In this document: positions 29,813 to 41,600 of the stretch, piece after piece | Layout of the letters: each line of letters starts with the position of its first letter | Position numbering within the stretch: the first letter of the stretch is position 1 | Source: Catajapyx aquilonaris | Taxonomy: Eukaryota | Length of the DNA stretch: 64,000 nucleotides | Reading direction: 5' to 3' | Assembly (NCBI GenBank): GCA_000934665.2 | Contig: KZ538229.1 | Coordinates: forward strand, 1 to 64,000 | The notes under the pieces: generated by a model | What the model was told of the DNA's origin: nothing | The model's input: the letters and a program-made list of their open reading frames with translations, nothing else | Databases searched by the model: none | Program-made: the position numbers and the translations under genes

Positions 29813-29851
29813 ACGGTCAGCAAGTCTTCCTCAGGAAGACTTGCTGACCGT
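29813..29851. repeat. Perfect inverted repeat (19-bp arms, 1-nt spacer)
   Basis: ACGGTCAGCAAGTCTTCCT-C-AGGAAGACTTGCTGACCGT. Confidence 0.95.
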
Positions 29852-32045
29852 GCACTTTTTTGACATAATTATGTGGATATTCAGGTCGGAGTAATACAGA
29901 GCTGAATAAGTTTGTCTTGTCCACATATGACTGCACATCCCGGACTGTGTAGCAGGGGTTTATGGACATGAATAAGCACCCAACTTGTCTCTTTCCCAGC
30001 TCCCATTTTCTCTATGCTGGGAAGGGATAAAGGATGGTGACACGCGCCTTTTGATAACCCACGCTCTCGGAGCCTTCCTTGTCACGAAATAGCCGGGAAT
30101 TAGCTTTCCCCATTGGGGACCTCCATTACAGTCATGTGGGTGTGTTTCCCTCCGGTGCAATGACCGCCAGGGTCTCTTCTACGTTTTCGTGGATTCGGGA
30201 TCAGAGACCGCGCATATACATTTTGGTCCGACATTGTCACTATCTTGAGTGGGACTAAATAACGACCCCTTTGGTACCCAAAGCTGTGCGATGCTGCTGA
30301 ATATCCAACCAAGCATGATTAAAATATTCATCATTTGTACGCAAAACGCTCATATTATGGCGGTATATTCAAGGAGGATAAGCCACTGCATCATTTATGA
30401 TCACACGTTTACGTGATTGAATGTTCTTACTGCAACTAGCAGGCTGTGTTGCTGAGCCATATTACCATAACATGCTAGTAGTGCCTCAAATTGTTCTACA
30501 GAAAAACATGTGGAGTCTGATGGATTTACTTTTCCTGATGATTTTCACGTACCAGCCAGATGTTGTTCTTCACATGCGCAAAGCACGTCTTCTGAACAAA
30601 TTTTTCTTCGTATACCGCCAGTCACTATTGTTTTGTGAAATGTTGTGCTGAAATCGGACACACCTTAGCGTGGTCTGAAGCATTTGCGGTTTCTAAAAAC
30701 TGATGGATACCAGTCGGGTGGTCTGGTTCCCATCACTGGAAACAAAGGTTGAGACTTGAGAATGATGGAAAGGGCTTAGGGATAATTTCTGCAGGTATGT
30801 TTTAGGACAAAATAATCCAATCCCTGGTCTAAATTGGGTTAGGCATTAACATTGACAAGGCCCTTCTTTGAGTAGCCTATAACCATAGAAGTGAAGTTCA
30901 CAGAAAAGAAAAGGAGACCATCAAGGAGCTGTGTGGATGAAAAAATAGCGAGTTTTAAAAACTACGTAAAACTTTACACAGCAGCGAAATATACTTCGGA
31001 AATTACCGATTTTTATTGATATATTCTGAGAACAATATTCCCAACAGGTTTTTCTTTAAGGGCTTTTCTTATAACTGTGCCAATAAGGAACCATTAGGGA
31101 ACGACTTTTGAAATTTTGCCAAGCCATTCGAAGACACTTTACACTCAAACATTTTGGCAGTATGGCCATAATGACCCGGGGGACCTCAAAAATTAAGATT
31201 TTTAATGGCCAGTTATAGCAAATAATACTCGTAATTGACCTGTAATGACGTAAAGTTCACCTAACCATCACAGGGTTATAGCTAATTGAAAGGCGTTGCT
31301 TTTCATGAGTCTAGTTTTAAAAAGTTAGTAACGATCACGTTTATTGGAGGATCTGATGAGGCAACTAAGGCCATAAGGTGTCACTAAAGATGGCAATGAT
31401 ATAATTAGCAAACTTTTTTAAATGTTTAATGAATTTTTGTCCCACAGTATAGTTATAGTGTCATGCTCCTGGCAATTACTGCATTGTCAGAAACCGTTGG
31501 CCCAAGAAAATAACATGGTCCTTGTAAAGTTTTCCCCCCACATCCTTGGCCTATGGGCTAATTTTCAGGGACACTGGAGCAACTGATTGACATGCCAGCG
31601 TCCATTAGAGGGCGCTCTTTTGGTAAACACCACCATTTTTCCAAAGTGACAGCAGGTTGTGCTCAGCCTAAGCGACAGGTTTTTTTTAAAAAAAAAAACA
31701 ACCTAAGCCAGCAATTATGTAGGTGCACATCCCCATGGAGTGCTCCCTTTTTACAAGTGGCGTAAATTTAACATCTCTGTTCAAATTTGCGGGTTAATAA
31801 TAACTCTGGTAAAAGCGGGTCACTCACTTATTAATACCCCCCATTTTCTCATTATGACGTTTCAGGGATACTCAGGAATTATTATTATTTCAAGCACGTG
31901 CTTTAATTAGGGTGCTTAAATACTGTTTTTTCGCGTTGTTGATATAATGGGCTCGTTTGACGTCATTAACATTTAAAGGAGCTCACAGACTATCTACTGT
32001 ACTACAGTGTACTTCCTTTAAAGGACTTGTTTAATTACACCTTTC

Positions 32046-32046
<1 letters not shown>

Positions 32047-32119
<73 letters not shown>
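32047..32119. repeat. (TAT)n microsatellite
   Basis: Directly visible perfect trinucleotide run. Confidence 0.95.
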
Positions 32120-32449
32120 GATTCAATCAGGGACTGCTATTGACGTCACTTGCCTGTAATATATTGTTAATTATCATTGTTGCCCATTTTCTCTGGAGAA
32201 ATAATACGTGACCTTTGAGATAATGTCGACGTTACTTTTGACGACTGCCCTGTAAGAAAGCTTACGAGAAAAATAATAACAGGCTTGAACTGTTCCTTAT
32301 TTTTCTGAATTCCTCTAGAAACTTTCCTCCTAAAAATAAAATTTAAGAATATTTTGGTAATAGTCGCAAGAAATCAGTGTCGCATTACAGACTGAGAACA
32401 AAACAGGTGCACAGTATTTACTAGTTGGTATCAGGTTGAATGCATCTTG

Positions 32450-35400
32450 TGCTAAAAATGACGATCTTTATTTCCGTATCTGAAGGGACGCGCACGTGTG
32501 TGTACAAGCATAAATTACTTCATGAAATAGTTGACCACATATTGAATAAAGATGAGTTACAGTTGTTACAACATTTCCCATGGGATGTGTGACTTGATTG
32601 TTGCAGTGAGCGTGTTATTATTATTATTAATATTACCGACAGCAAAAAAAAAACAGAAGTTACGTGAACAAATAAAATCCATTTTCTATGAAATACGTAT
32701 GCTCCTAAAGAATAGGATACACTCTAGGCTGTACAACAATTACGTAGAAACACATCTGAATGGCCTGCTAAGTACTGCACCGGTACTCCATCATGCAGGC
32801 CAGTGTACATAAACACGTTATTATAGTTTACTGAGGAGAAATAATGAGGGTTCGTCTGTCCCGCAACAGTTGGGTTGGCGCAAGTGGTGCACCACAGCTC
32901 TGTACCACTTTTGTTTGTCAGGGATGCAGGTTAATAAAGTCTGGATTTGAACAATGTTGGGTTGATCAATTTGTACAGAATTTTTGCTACAGCGACTGTT
33001 GTGATAGTCATGCATGAAAAACGAGACTTTCAGAGAACCTATTCATAGTACAGTATCCATGTACACAGCAAATAATAACTTCTTTTTTTTTGCTGAAATA
33101 TTCTGGGGAGTAAAATTACAATGCAATTTTTTTATATAAAAGGGTGGGTGGGTGGGACAATAGCTGAACTTCCATTTTAATCGGAAAGCATATGCGCATC
33201 CGAGTCGACAACCCGACTGTTGCAGAACAAAAATAAAAGTCAAGGGCACCCTATTATTTTCCATCAATAATACGAGTAGTTTGATTACATTTTCTGCTTT
33301 GAAACATCCCAGCGCATTGAGGCAATGTGTTCATTGAGCGTAGCTTATTATACCAAAACTTCGCAAAAAAAGGTCAAACGTTAAAAAATAAAATAAAAAC
33401 AAAAGATGAAAAATAAATTACATTCCACGACGCCTAATCCTCTCGGATACACATTTCTGCCACTTTTTCGCACGCAAATTGCAAGTGATTTGCAATAATG
33501 AAAATAACAAGATACTTTTTGACACAGTATAGTGTTGAAATGACCTAATAAAGTATTAGCCTCCTGGGTCTTGGTCATGTGTTGGTCAAAGAGCACGGTT
33601 CAACTGATACACACATAGATATGCTAAAGCTGGAAAATCCATTTTGGCCCAACTCTATTCCCTTTCGAATAATCGAACGTTCTCCGCCAGCTATCGGATG
33701 CTGGCCGAACTAGACTTTTAACTCTTGAACAACAGATGGTACACGAGAAAGGTAACTCCCTACATGCTGTATTTTTCAAATGGTGCGATTGGCAGGATTT
33801 CTACATTACCTAATGCCGGATGCGAAACATAATTAAAAAATAATAAAAACGCATGTTAGTTTGACACTAAAAAGTGACACCAATTTCTTTAAAAACTAAA
33901 AAGTGCAGAGGGGGGAGGGTAAGATAAATGGTACAAAGTACAATAATGTATGTACAAAATAATATATACAAACAAAATTCTGATTAAAGCGCGGATACCT
34001 GTCCATGTAAATCATTCGTTACCGCAAATTGCTCAGTCCGCATACATGTATTTTTTTTATCAGGGGGGTAGGGGAAAGGTAACAGAGGAATGCATATGTG
34101 GATCCCAGTTTCACTCGTTGGATAGATTCATAGCATGTCCTTGGAAAGTTTAAACCATCCATCTTTCAGTCCAAGTATATCGACCCCCATTTCCTGCTTG
34201 TTTGGAGTGGACTTGGGATCCTTATGCCATCTTGACTACAAACACACACACAGCTTGTCTTTTGACTTTTTTCGCGACAGGGTAACCTCAACCTCTTTTT
34301 TTCCTAGTTTTTTTTCACGGTATTGCTCCTGAACCAGGTACTCTTAAAAATTTATTACAACAGCACATAAAAGAGACTAACACAAGTATCCTAAATGGCA
34401 CAACCTGAAATACAGTGTTAGACTAAATTTGCTCGGCGACTTGTGGGAACGTGGTCGTCTGCAAACGATTGTAAGTTGCACCCGAAACAAAGGTCCAAAC
34501 CACTTACACGTACGTATGTAACATTTCAGCCTTATTTTTTGGGGTATAAGTTACGTAGGTGATGTTTACCAGCAACAGTGCTACTAGACCCTTGTGATAA
34601 TTTAGGCCCTAGTTTGAAATGATTCCTCTCCGCTCTCTTATCTTCTCACACTAAGACATTTGTAAATTTGCACCAATTTTGGCAAACCTTCTCTTTCGTA
34701 AGGCTGTAACTTGCATATGGCACGAATTATATTTATTCAGTCCTTTATTACTGCGGGAACTCACATTCGAATGGGGCAACAATGCTTGCTTTTGCCTCGT
34801 GTATTTTGCACGGTGAAAAAAAGCGAGCATAACAAAGTTGATTTTTCCCCATAGTGCAGCTACTGTATGCTCAAAAATGACAGTCATTAAAAGCATGTTG
34901 CTTTGTGCTTATCCAGTTAGGTATCCTAAAGCGTTAGAAAATAAAAATAAATTAAAAATAAATGATGCGCCTCGAAGAAATGAAGTTGCCAAAGTTGGTG
35001 CCTACGGACCATTTACACACTGACGTATGACTTTGACGTGTCACTCTTCTGGAGCAGCCATCATTCCCACAATATGTCTGGCTTCCTCGTGCAGGGAAGG
35101 AATGTCACACCAATCCATCTCGACACACACCCATTGACTGCGTTCGGGCCTTCTCATCGAAGCCGCTCCATTGTTGGCGAGACGCGTCTCTTTTTTATCA
35201 CTTCATCACCTGCTTAAAAATTCTTAAGACAAACAAACGAACGAACAGTAACAGGAACCACTTGATGCTAAAGCCAGGATCGTCAGTCTTCTTTGGCAGT
35301 AACAGGCCGATGCTTTTTCGTCTTCATTGTTGCTGTCGCCATTTTTTAAAATCCTTACGAGATATCCCCCAAAAATGCATGCAAATTCTACTTGTCTTCG

Positions 35401-35467
35401 AGTATTCTTCTGCTTGCTGCAAGTCCTCCATGTATTTTTTAAGTGTTAAAAATTCGCTTCTCATTAA
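32450..35467 (-). other. Putative long 3' UTR of chordin/sog (extent uncertain)
   Basis: U-rich on the minus strand. AATAAA candidates at 34732-34737, 34744-34749, 34351-34356 and 32467-32472; the last has GU-rich sequence downstream near 32391-32412. Confidence 0.4.
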
Positions 35468-35653
35468 TTATCCAGAAAAGAACTCTCCATCCGGGCGCTT
35501 TGGCCTCTTGTTGTTTCTTTTCCTTGGTTTCCTGGAGTTGGACGAAGATCGTGGTCCGTCCATCGGGCACTTGGGGCAGCACCTGTCATCCTGCTGGCCC
35601 ATCGAGCAGGTCTTCTCCGGACACTTCTTCCTCGAACAATGCACGTTGCCATC
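35468..35653 (-). CDS. sog: chordin/sog terminal coding exon M: end of CR4 + basic tail + stop
   Basis: TTGCAG|GAT..., [16 protein letters not shown]...[37 protein letters not shown]. Confidence 0.9.
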   Translation of the reverse strand, partial: DGNVHCSRKKCPEKTCSMGQQDDRCCPKCPMDGPRSSSNSRKPRKRNNKRPKRPDGEFFSG

Positions 35654-38600
35654 CTGCAATTATTTATTTACTTACTTACTGATAACCCTGAATTGTCATT
35701 AGCTGAGTCATGAAAAGAAAAGGTCGATCACTGACCTTGCACCTGCACAGGATGCACTTCATCTCTCCGTAGGGCTGGACCCGTGGATGCCACTCTTTGC
35801 CGTTGGGATACACCCAGTCTTTGAACCTGCATCCTCCTGCTGCCAGCTTGTCCTCCTTGCTCATTTCGGTGGCCTGGTCACTGTACGCGTCCAATGGCAG
35901 GGAGTGACCTGTCCGACGCTGCTGACCTGTGCATTCCATGCAGCAGGCCTGAGGGGTGGGCCTCTCAGCCTCTGAGTCCGGGCAGGCCAGAGGAGGGCAA
36001 GGCTTCTTGTTGCACTTCACTTCCAGGGTGTTTTCCTGCCGTGGAAATAATAATAAAAAACACGAGAGTCATCGCCTGATAGAAATGTGGACTTGGGGAG
36101 AGGTCACGCTGACGTGAGAGGCAGGCCACACCTCTCCGGGTTTGAAATCAATGGATAATTGAGGCATCGCTCTGTGCTGACTGGCATTGACCTTCCGGGA
36201 CACATATCAGTGGCCGCCTCTGAGGTCTCAGCGTGACATCCGCCAGATGATTGATATGAACTCGGATTAAACAGGGCTTGGCGCAGCGACGCCCAGTTTT
36301 CATGACATAAGGCAGCGTGGATTGATTCGGGTTAGGCCAGATCTCTTTTTACAAGAGGATTGGTCAGGCACAGTCACCATGAGTATGATATGGGAGAACC
36401 GGAATCTGGAGAGTGAGTCATCAGGTACTAATAGTGGCTTAAAGAAATATATGTACTTACGTTGCATGTGCATGTGACACATTCGCTGTATCCAAATGGT
36501 CGGATGTATGGGTGCCAGCTGCTGCCAGGAGGATAGTGCTTCTTTTCTCCCTCAAAGTAGCAGCTTCTGGAGTCATCCTCTACTGAACCGTCTGAAAGGA
36601 CATGACCATTGTTATAAAACATTACACTGGCTTGCACTATCATACGTACTGCTGCAGGTTGGACAGCACTCATTGGGCAGGGTGACCGTCTTCAGGCAGG
36701 TCAGCTTGGGGCATCGCAGCGGGTCGCAAACGGCCCTTCCTCTCTGGCAATTGCACATCATGCAACGGTCATGCTCGGCAACCCACTCGGTGTTGTCTTC
36801 GTACGAGCGGCCCTCGTAGTAGCAGCTGAATGTCTGCGGAATCTCGTTCTCTTTCTCCTCTTGGTTCATCTCGTATGGAGGCCTCATGGACGGGCTTCTG
36901 GCTTGAGGGAGACACGCACTCGGAACCCGCACCTGGAACGTACCAATGTCGTACAACTCAAGAGAAAAAGCGCAAGGAATTAATATCTTACCCCACGGAC
37001 ACGGCCTTGAAGCAAAACTTGATCATCGTCGTCGCTGGTCTTGGTCACTTTCAGCACAGAGACTCCGGAGTCCAATCGCGACATGCCGATCTTGGACATT
37101 TCCATGGGTTGACCTTCCACCTTGTCTCCAGCAAATCGTTCCAAAATCTGGAAATATTTATATGTGCATTTTCACAAAATTGATCTAGGTTTGACCCTGT
37201 CCGATTCTTGTGCATCGCCGAGTGGTCTTACCAGCTTTTGCTTCTGAAGAATTGAGTTGCCCTTGTTGGACGAAATTTCCTCCAGTTCCAGCTGCAGCTG
37301 TTGGTCAGAGGACACTCCGGTCAGCTCCGTCTCGAAGTGAAGCTGGCAGTGGATGTCCACGCTCATCCAAGTCAGACCAGCTGGCGGGTTCTCGCTCAAA
37401 CTGTTCTCGTTGCGCAGAAGAACAGGGCTGTCGCTGACCTGTGCCTCGCCAAAAGGTCGCATCCTCAGCTGACCTCTCAGCTCGGACTGCCCCGCGACCA
37501 CGTTGATGAACACCTGTCCATTGTACAGGAGCTCCAAGTCTCGAGGAAACATTTTAGTCAAGGATCCGCGTGCCCATCCGTTGTCGAACACCGGAACCTC
37601 TTCAATCACCTGTTTACATACAGAAATATTAGGACCCATATTAACACAGCACAACAATCAACAGTGACCTTTCGCTTCTTCTTCTCTCCAGTCTCGATAG
37701 TAATTGTTGGCAATGCGGAATTGAGTCCGTCCAGGTGTATATTGTAGTTAAATCCTCCCTCGACCGTGCGATAAATCCAAGCCAATCCGGCTGCTGATGT
37801 AGCCGGAGCCTTGTATTCGCCCGGGTTGACAGTCAGAAGGGTGTCAAAAATCTCACAGTTGACCCGTGGCAGAATGTAACCTCTGACATACAGGTGTGGA
37901 TTTTTCTTGGAGTATACTGTCATCACATACTTGGCCCTTGCCAGCTGCTTCATCTGCGGTCCATCCAACGTTGTGCGGACTTCTATCTTGTTCAGTTCCT
38001 ATTTTTAAAATAGCGGGTTTTTAAAAATTCATGCCGTTTGCAGTCAACTATTCCGAGCATGTCATGTACACCCCCACCCACACGCACGAGTGGGTGAGCA
38101 TTAGTCTACTGTTTCCGGCAGTTAAAAAATTTTCGACAGCCAGTAAAAACTCCGGCTCATTGAAAACGGCCTGACAGCAGCTCCCCTTCAAATTGTTCGG
38201 TCATGAAATAATCCCACCCAACCCAACTGAAAATGTCTGTGGGTCCCTTCACGACCTTGCGTCGTCCACGGACATGCAAAAATGGCCGGCAGCCAATCGG
38301 AAACATGAAATTTTAATTGCCACCCATCCGACACTATACACATTAACCCCAGCGATCTCGCTGATACCAAATGGGAGCTCCCGTATTTTTCTATACAACG
38401 TGGGCGAACTGTTTGAAGAAGAAAAAATGTTACACAAGGGTGTGGTACGTTATAAAAAATGACACTTGGGTCGTGAAACCGAAAACACCCCACCTTAATT
38501 TTTTTACGAGTACTGATTTTGAACAACTATTTTCAAGACACTTACCGGATCAGGCTTCCCTAGTTTAGCCTCCATTTCTTCGACGATCCGTGTCTCTTCA

Positions 38601-41600
38601 GCGCCCTTGTCGGCCTCGAGGCGAACACCGATGGCGACCTCGGCTGTTTCTTCAGGCCCGAATATTCCGTTGAATAGAATGTCGAAGTGGAAGCTGCCAG
38701 TCTGAGGCGAAACCGAGACGACGGCTGTTCCACCTCCGCCTCTGGAGCTGGCCGACGGCTCCAGAACAGAGCTGTACATTTCCGAGTTGAAGCCGCGGTA
38801 ACGAGTCACCTGGGGTTGTCAAGAGAAGCAATCAAGCCTGGGCATCCAAGGTCACTGACAAATAATGCAAAGGAAACATACCTTCCCTCTGAGACCCGGC
38901 ACTTCATCGTGGCTCTTCTCTGTCGTCAGAGACAGGTACAGACCGTCCTCCTTCAGAATCTTGCGGTACACTCGAGGCACTTTACGCCACACTCCGCACA
39001 CCTAATGTCAAAGAAGGTATAAGTCACGCCCAACTCAAAATGAGTTCCATACTCAAACTCACCTTTCTGCTGGCATTTTGGTAGACATTAGCGTCCAGCT
39101 CGTGCTCCTCCAGAATGTCCCTCTTCTTGTTCTGGAACTGGAGGTACCTCGGTGGTGCCCCGAGTCCCTCCACGTAGAAGGAGTAGTAGAGGTTCTTCTT
39201 GAGGAATGTGAGGCGTCCGGTGGCAACCGCTGACGTGTCATGGTTGGACGTTCGTCCCGTCATCAATATGGCGAAGTCTGGAATGAGAGAGAATTGATCA
39301 CTGATAAAGAGGCCGTGTCGATCTTCTCCTGGAAGTCTTGAGCCGGGAGCGACTGACAGCCGCCTTACAACATTCTCCTCTCGTTACTCTGTCGTTTCAA
39401 TCATTTATTAGCGGTTGGCAAGCAAGCCCCCAGACAGCCCAACAACCAACGCTTCGGCCTCTTTCAAACGCGCCTTCACCAAACAAACCGCTATTAATAG
39501 TCACACACTGGCTCCGTTTTGTGTGCGAGGAGTCACTAACATTGGCACGGGCCAGCCCAAACACACTCACAAAATATATATGTCATCAGATGGGGGGCAC
39601 TGATAAATGGAGGGAAGTCCACCCCCACCCCCAACCCCCTCAGCATAATGTATGTCGCACGTTGAAAACGGGTTACGGGCTTTAAAAAATTTAAATGGGG
39701 GAAAAAAAAGACATGTGAATTCGTGCGTCGTTATTTTCAGTGGCACATAACACGCTCTCGTGCTCAATTAGGTCGCGCCAGTTTGTCGCGAATGGTCCAT
39801 ACACATTTTGTAATATGGATGTGGGGAAAATGCGGAATTGTGGAGGCCACGTTACATTTAAGAAGGTCTTCACCTGTATATTGTCTGGAAAAAAAATTCG
39901 CGACACAGCTGGATACAAAAGATTGAACCTTCATTTCCCAACGAAAAGGCTCGTAAGTAATTTTTACATGAGTTGGAAGACTTGGAACATTACATATTCA
40001 TTAACGATCCCCACGACAGCATAAGTTAAGCGGTGCGTATAAGTTAATAACTTTGTCTGAATACCTTGTTGGCATGCACTGTACATAATCATAACATCAT
40101 ATTAGGAATTCGCGTATGAATAATGAAATGTGACTGTGCAGCTTGTCGGTGTACTCGCAACATGCAATTGCATGTTACCCGACCGTAAATTAACCGCGCA
40201 AAAAAATTACAATCTGCTAAATTAATTCCGTCAATATGTGCAACTATGTTTATAGCCATGCACTGCAAAATGTTCGCAAAAAAAATAGCTATCCATTCGT
40301 CCTTGGATTTTTCTTATATCGCGTTGATCCATCCGCGATTCCCTTTAGCCTTCCGGCCTGGTCAATAAATTTTTCTCCCCCGTCTTGCCGACTGTTTTAT
40401 ATCGTTTTCCCAGGTAGAATATGACTATCTCGCTCCATCATCGGGGGACCGGTGGCGTTGGTGTCGCCGTGATTTACAAGAGGTGCCTTTCTCAGAGATT
40501 CCAATCGCGAAAAACTGCGCAGTCTCCAGTACGCCGATCTGGTTTGCGTAATGAGCTCTAAAGGAACCGGCGATGAAGTCTTGTCAGATGTAGTCTTCCT
40601 GCAGGGGCCCTTGCACATATACAAGAGGAAGGAGAGATAGATAGATACAGAGGGCTGGCTGATGCTGGCAGCCACTTACTATATTATGTACTCAGCTCAC
40701 TATATCAGCCAAGTTTTACGTATTAGATATCGATAATATTCCTTCGCGATGTATATCGATATTCCTGGGTAACGTCCTGAGCCTCACTATTGGCTGGAGC
40801 GATGTGACTTCACAGACAGTGTTGACTCATTGACTTTTTTTATACTTTATACGCTATGAAGTAAATAAATTTGCGAAAATATTTCAAGACCTCGTCGCGC
40901 GTCTTCGAATTGGCTTGTCTTTTAAATCTCCGGCTGGAATTTCAATTGCCAGATTGCGTCACGTAGTGCGACGCCAATTTCAAGGTTTATCACACCCGAC
41001 GTATTACTTATCCCCTACGAAACTGCCTTTCGCCATGCCAAAAATGCGACAATGAATCAAAAAAGAAGCGCTGAGTCGGACACATTCCTCAGGCTATTGG
41101 GTCAGCGACGACATATCGGTCCCAATCGGTGGTGGGTTATGAATGAATCTGTGTGACCTCCGAGGCCGGGCTGGCAAGGGCACGTCCACGTAGATTTAAT
41201 TGCGTCGGGAGATAGTAAGAGTGATGCTGCAGCCAATGGTGCCCGAGGCCTGGTATGGCGGCAGTTTGGAGTAGAGCAAAAGGAGGAGGATTGGAGCCAC
41301 ACTTCGGCGCCGTCTGGCCAATTTCCCGCCGGTCAGGAAAAGGTGTTTCGCAAGGGGCCATAATTATCCTCCATGATAGCCCACCACCACCACCATCCAA
41401 CCCAACCCCAGCCACCGATCAGGTTTAGGTCTACAAAGCAGACACAAGTCTTCTTGCCACCTCCCACCCCCCACCCTTCCAAACTTTACTTTGGGAAATT
41501 CTAATGACCGGTGAGTGGGAGTGAGATTACAGCGATCGTCCCAAAAAAGGATTTCACGCTCGTGTTACCCTCGTGGTTCCTCGGGAGCCAACCTGCGGAA

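Noticed and set aside
35210..35358. Possible 3' UTR intron or extra terminal exon (GTAAGG donor at 35358, TAAGCAG acceptor at 35210)
   Set aside because: The CDS already closes at 35468, no convincing in-frame donor links to it, and such signals are common by chance.
36496..37747. Plus-strand ORFs overlapping sog exons
   Set aside because: Antisense shadow ORFs of GC-richer coding exons with no protein features.
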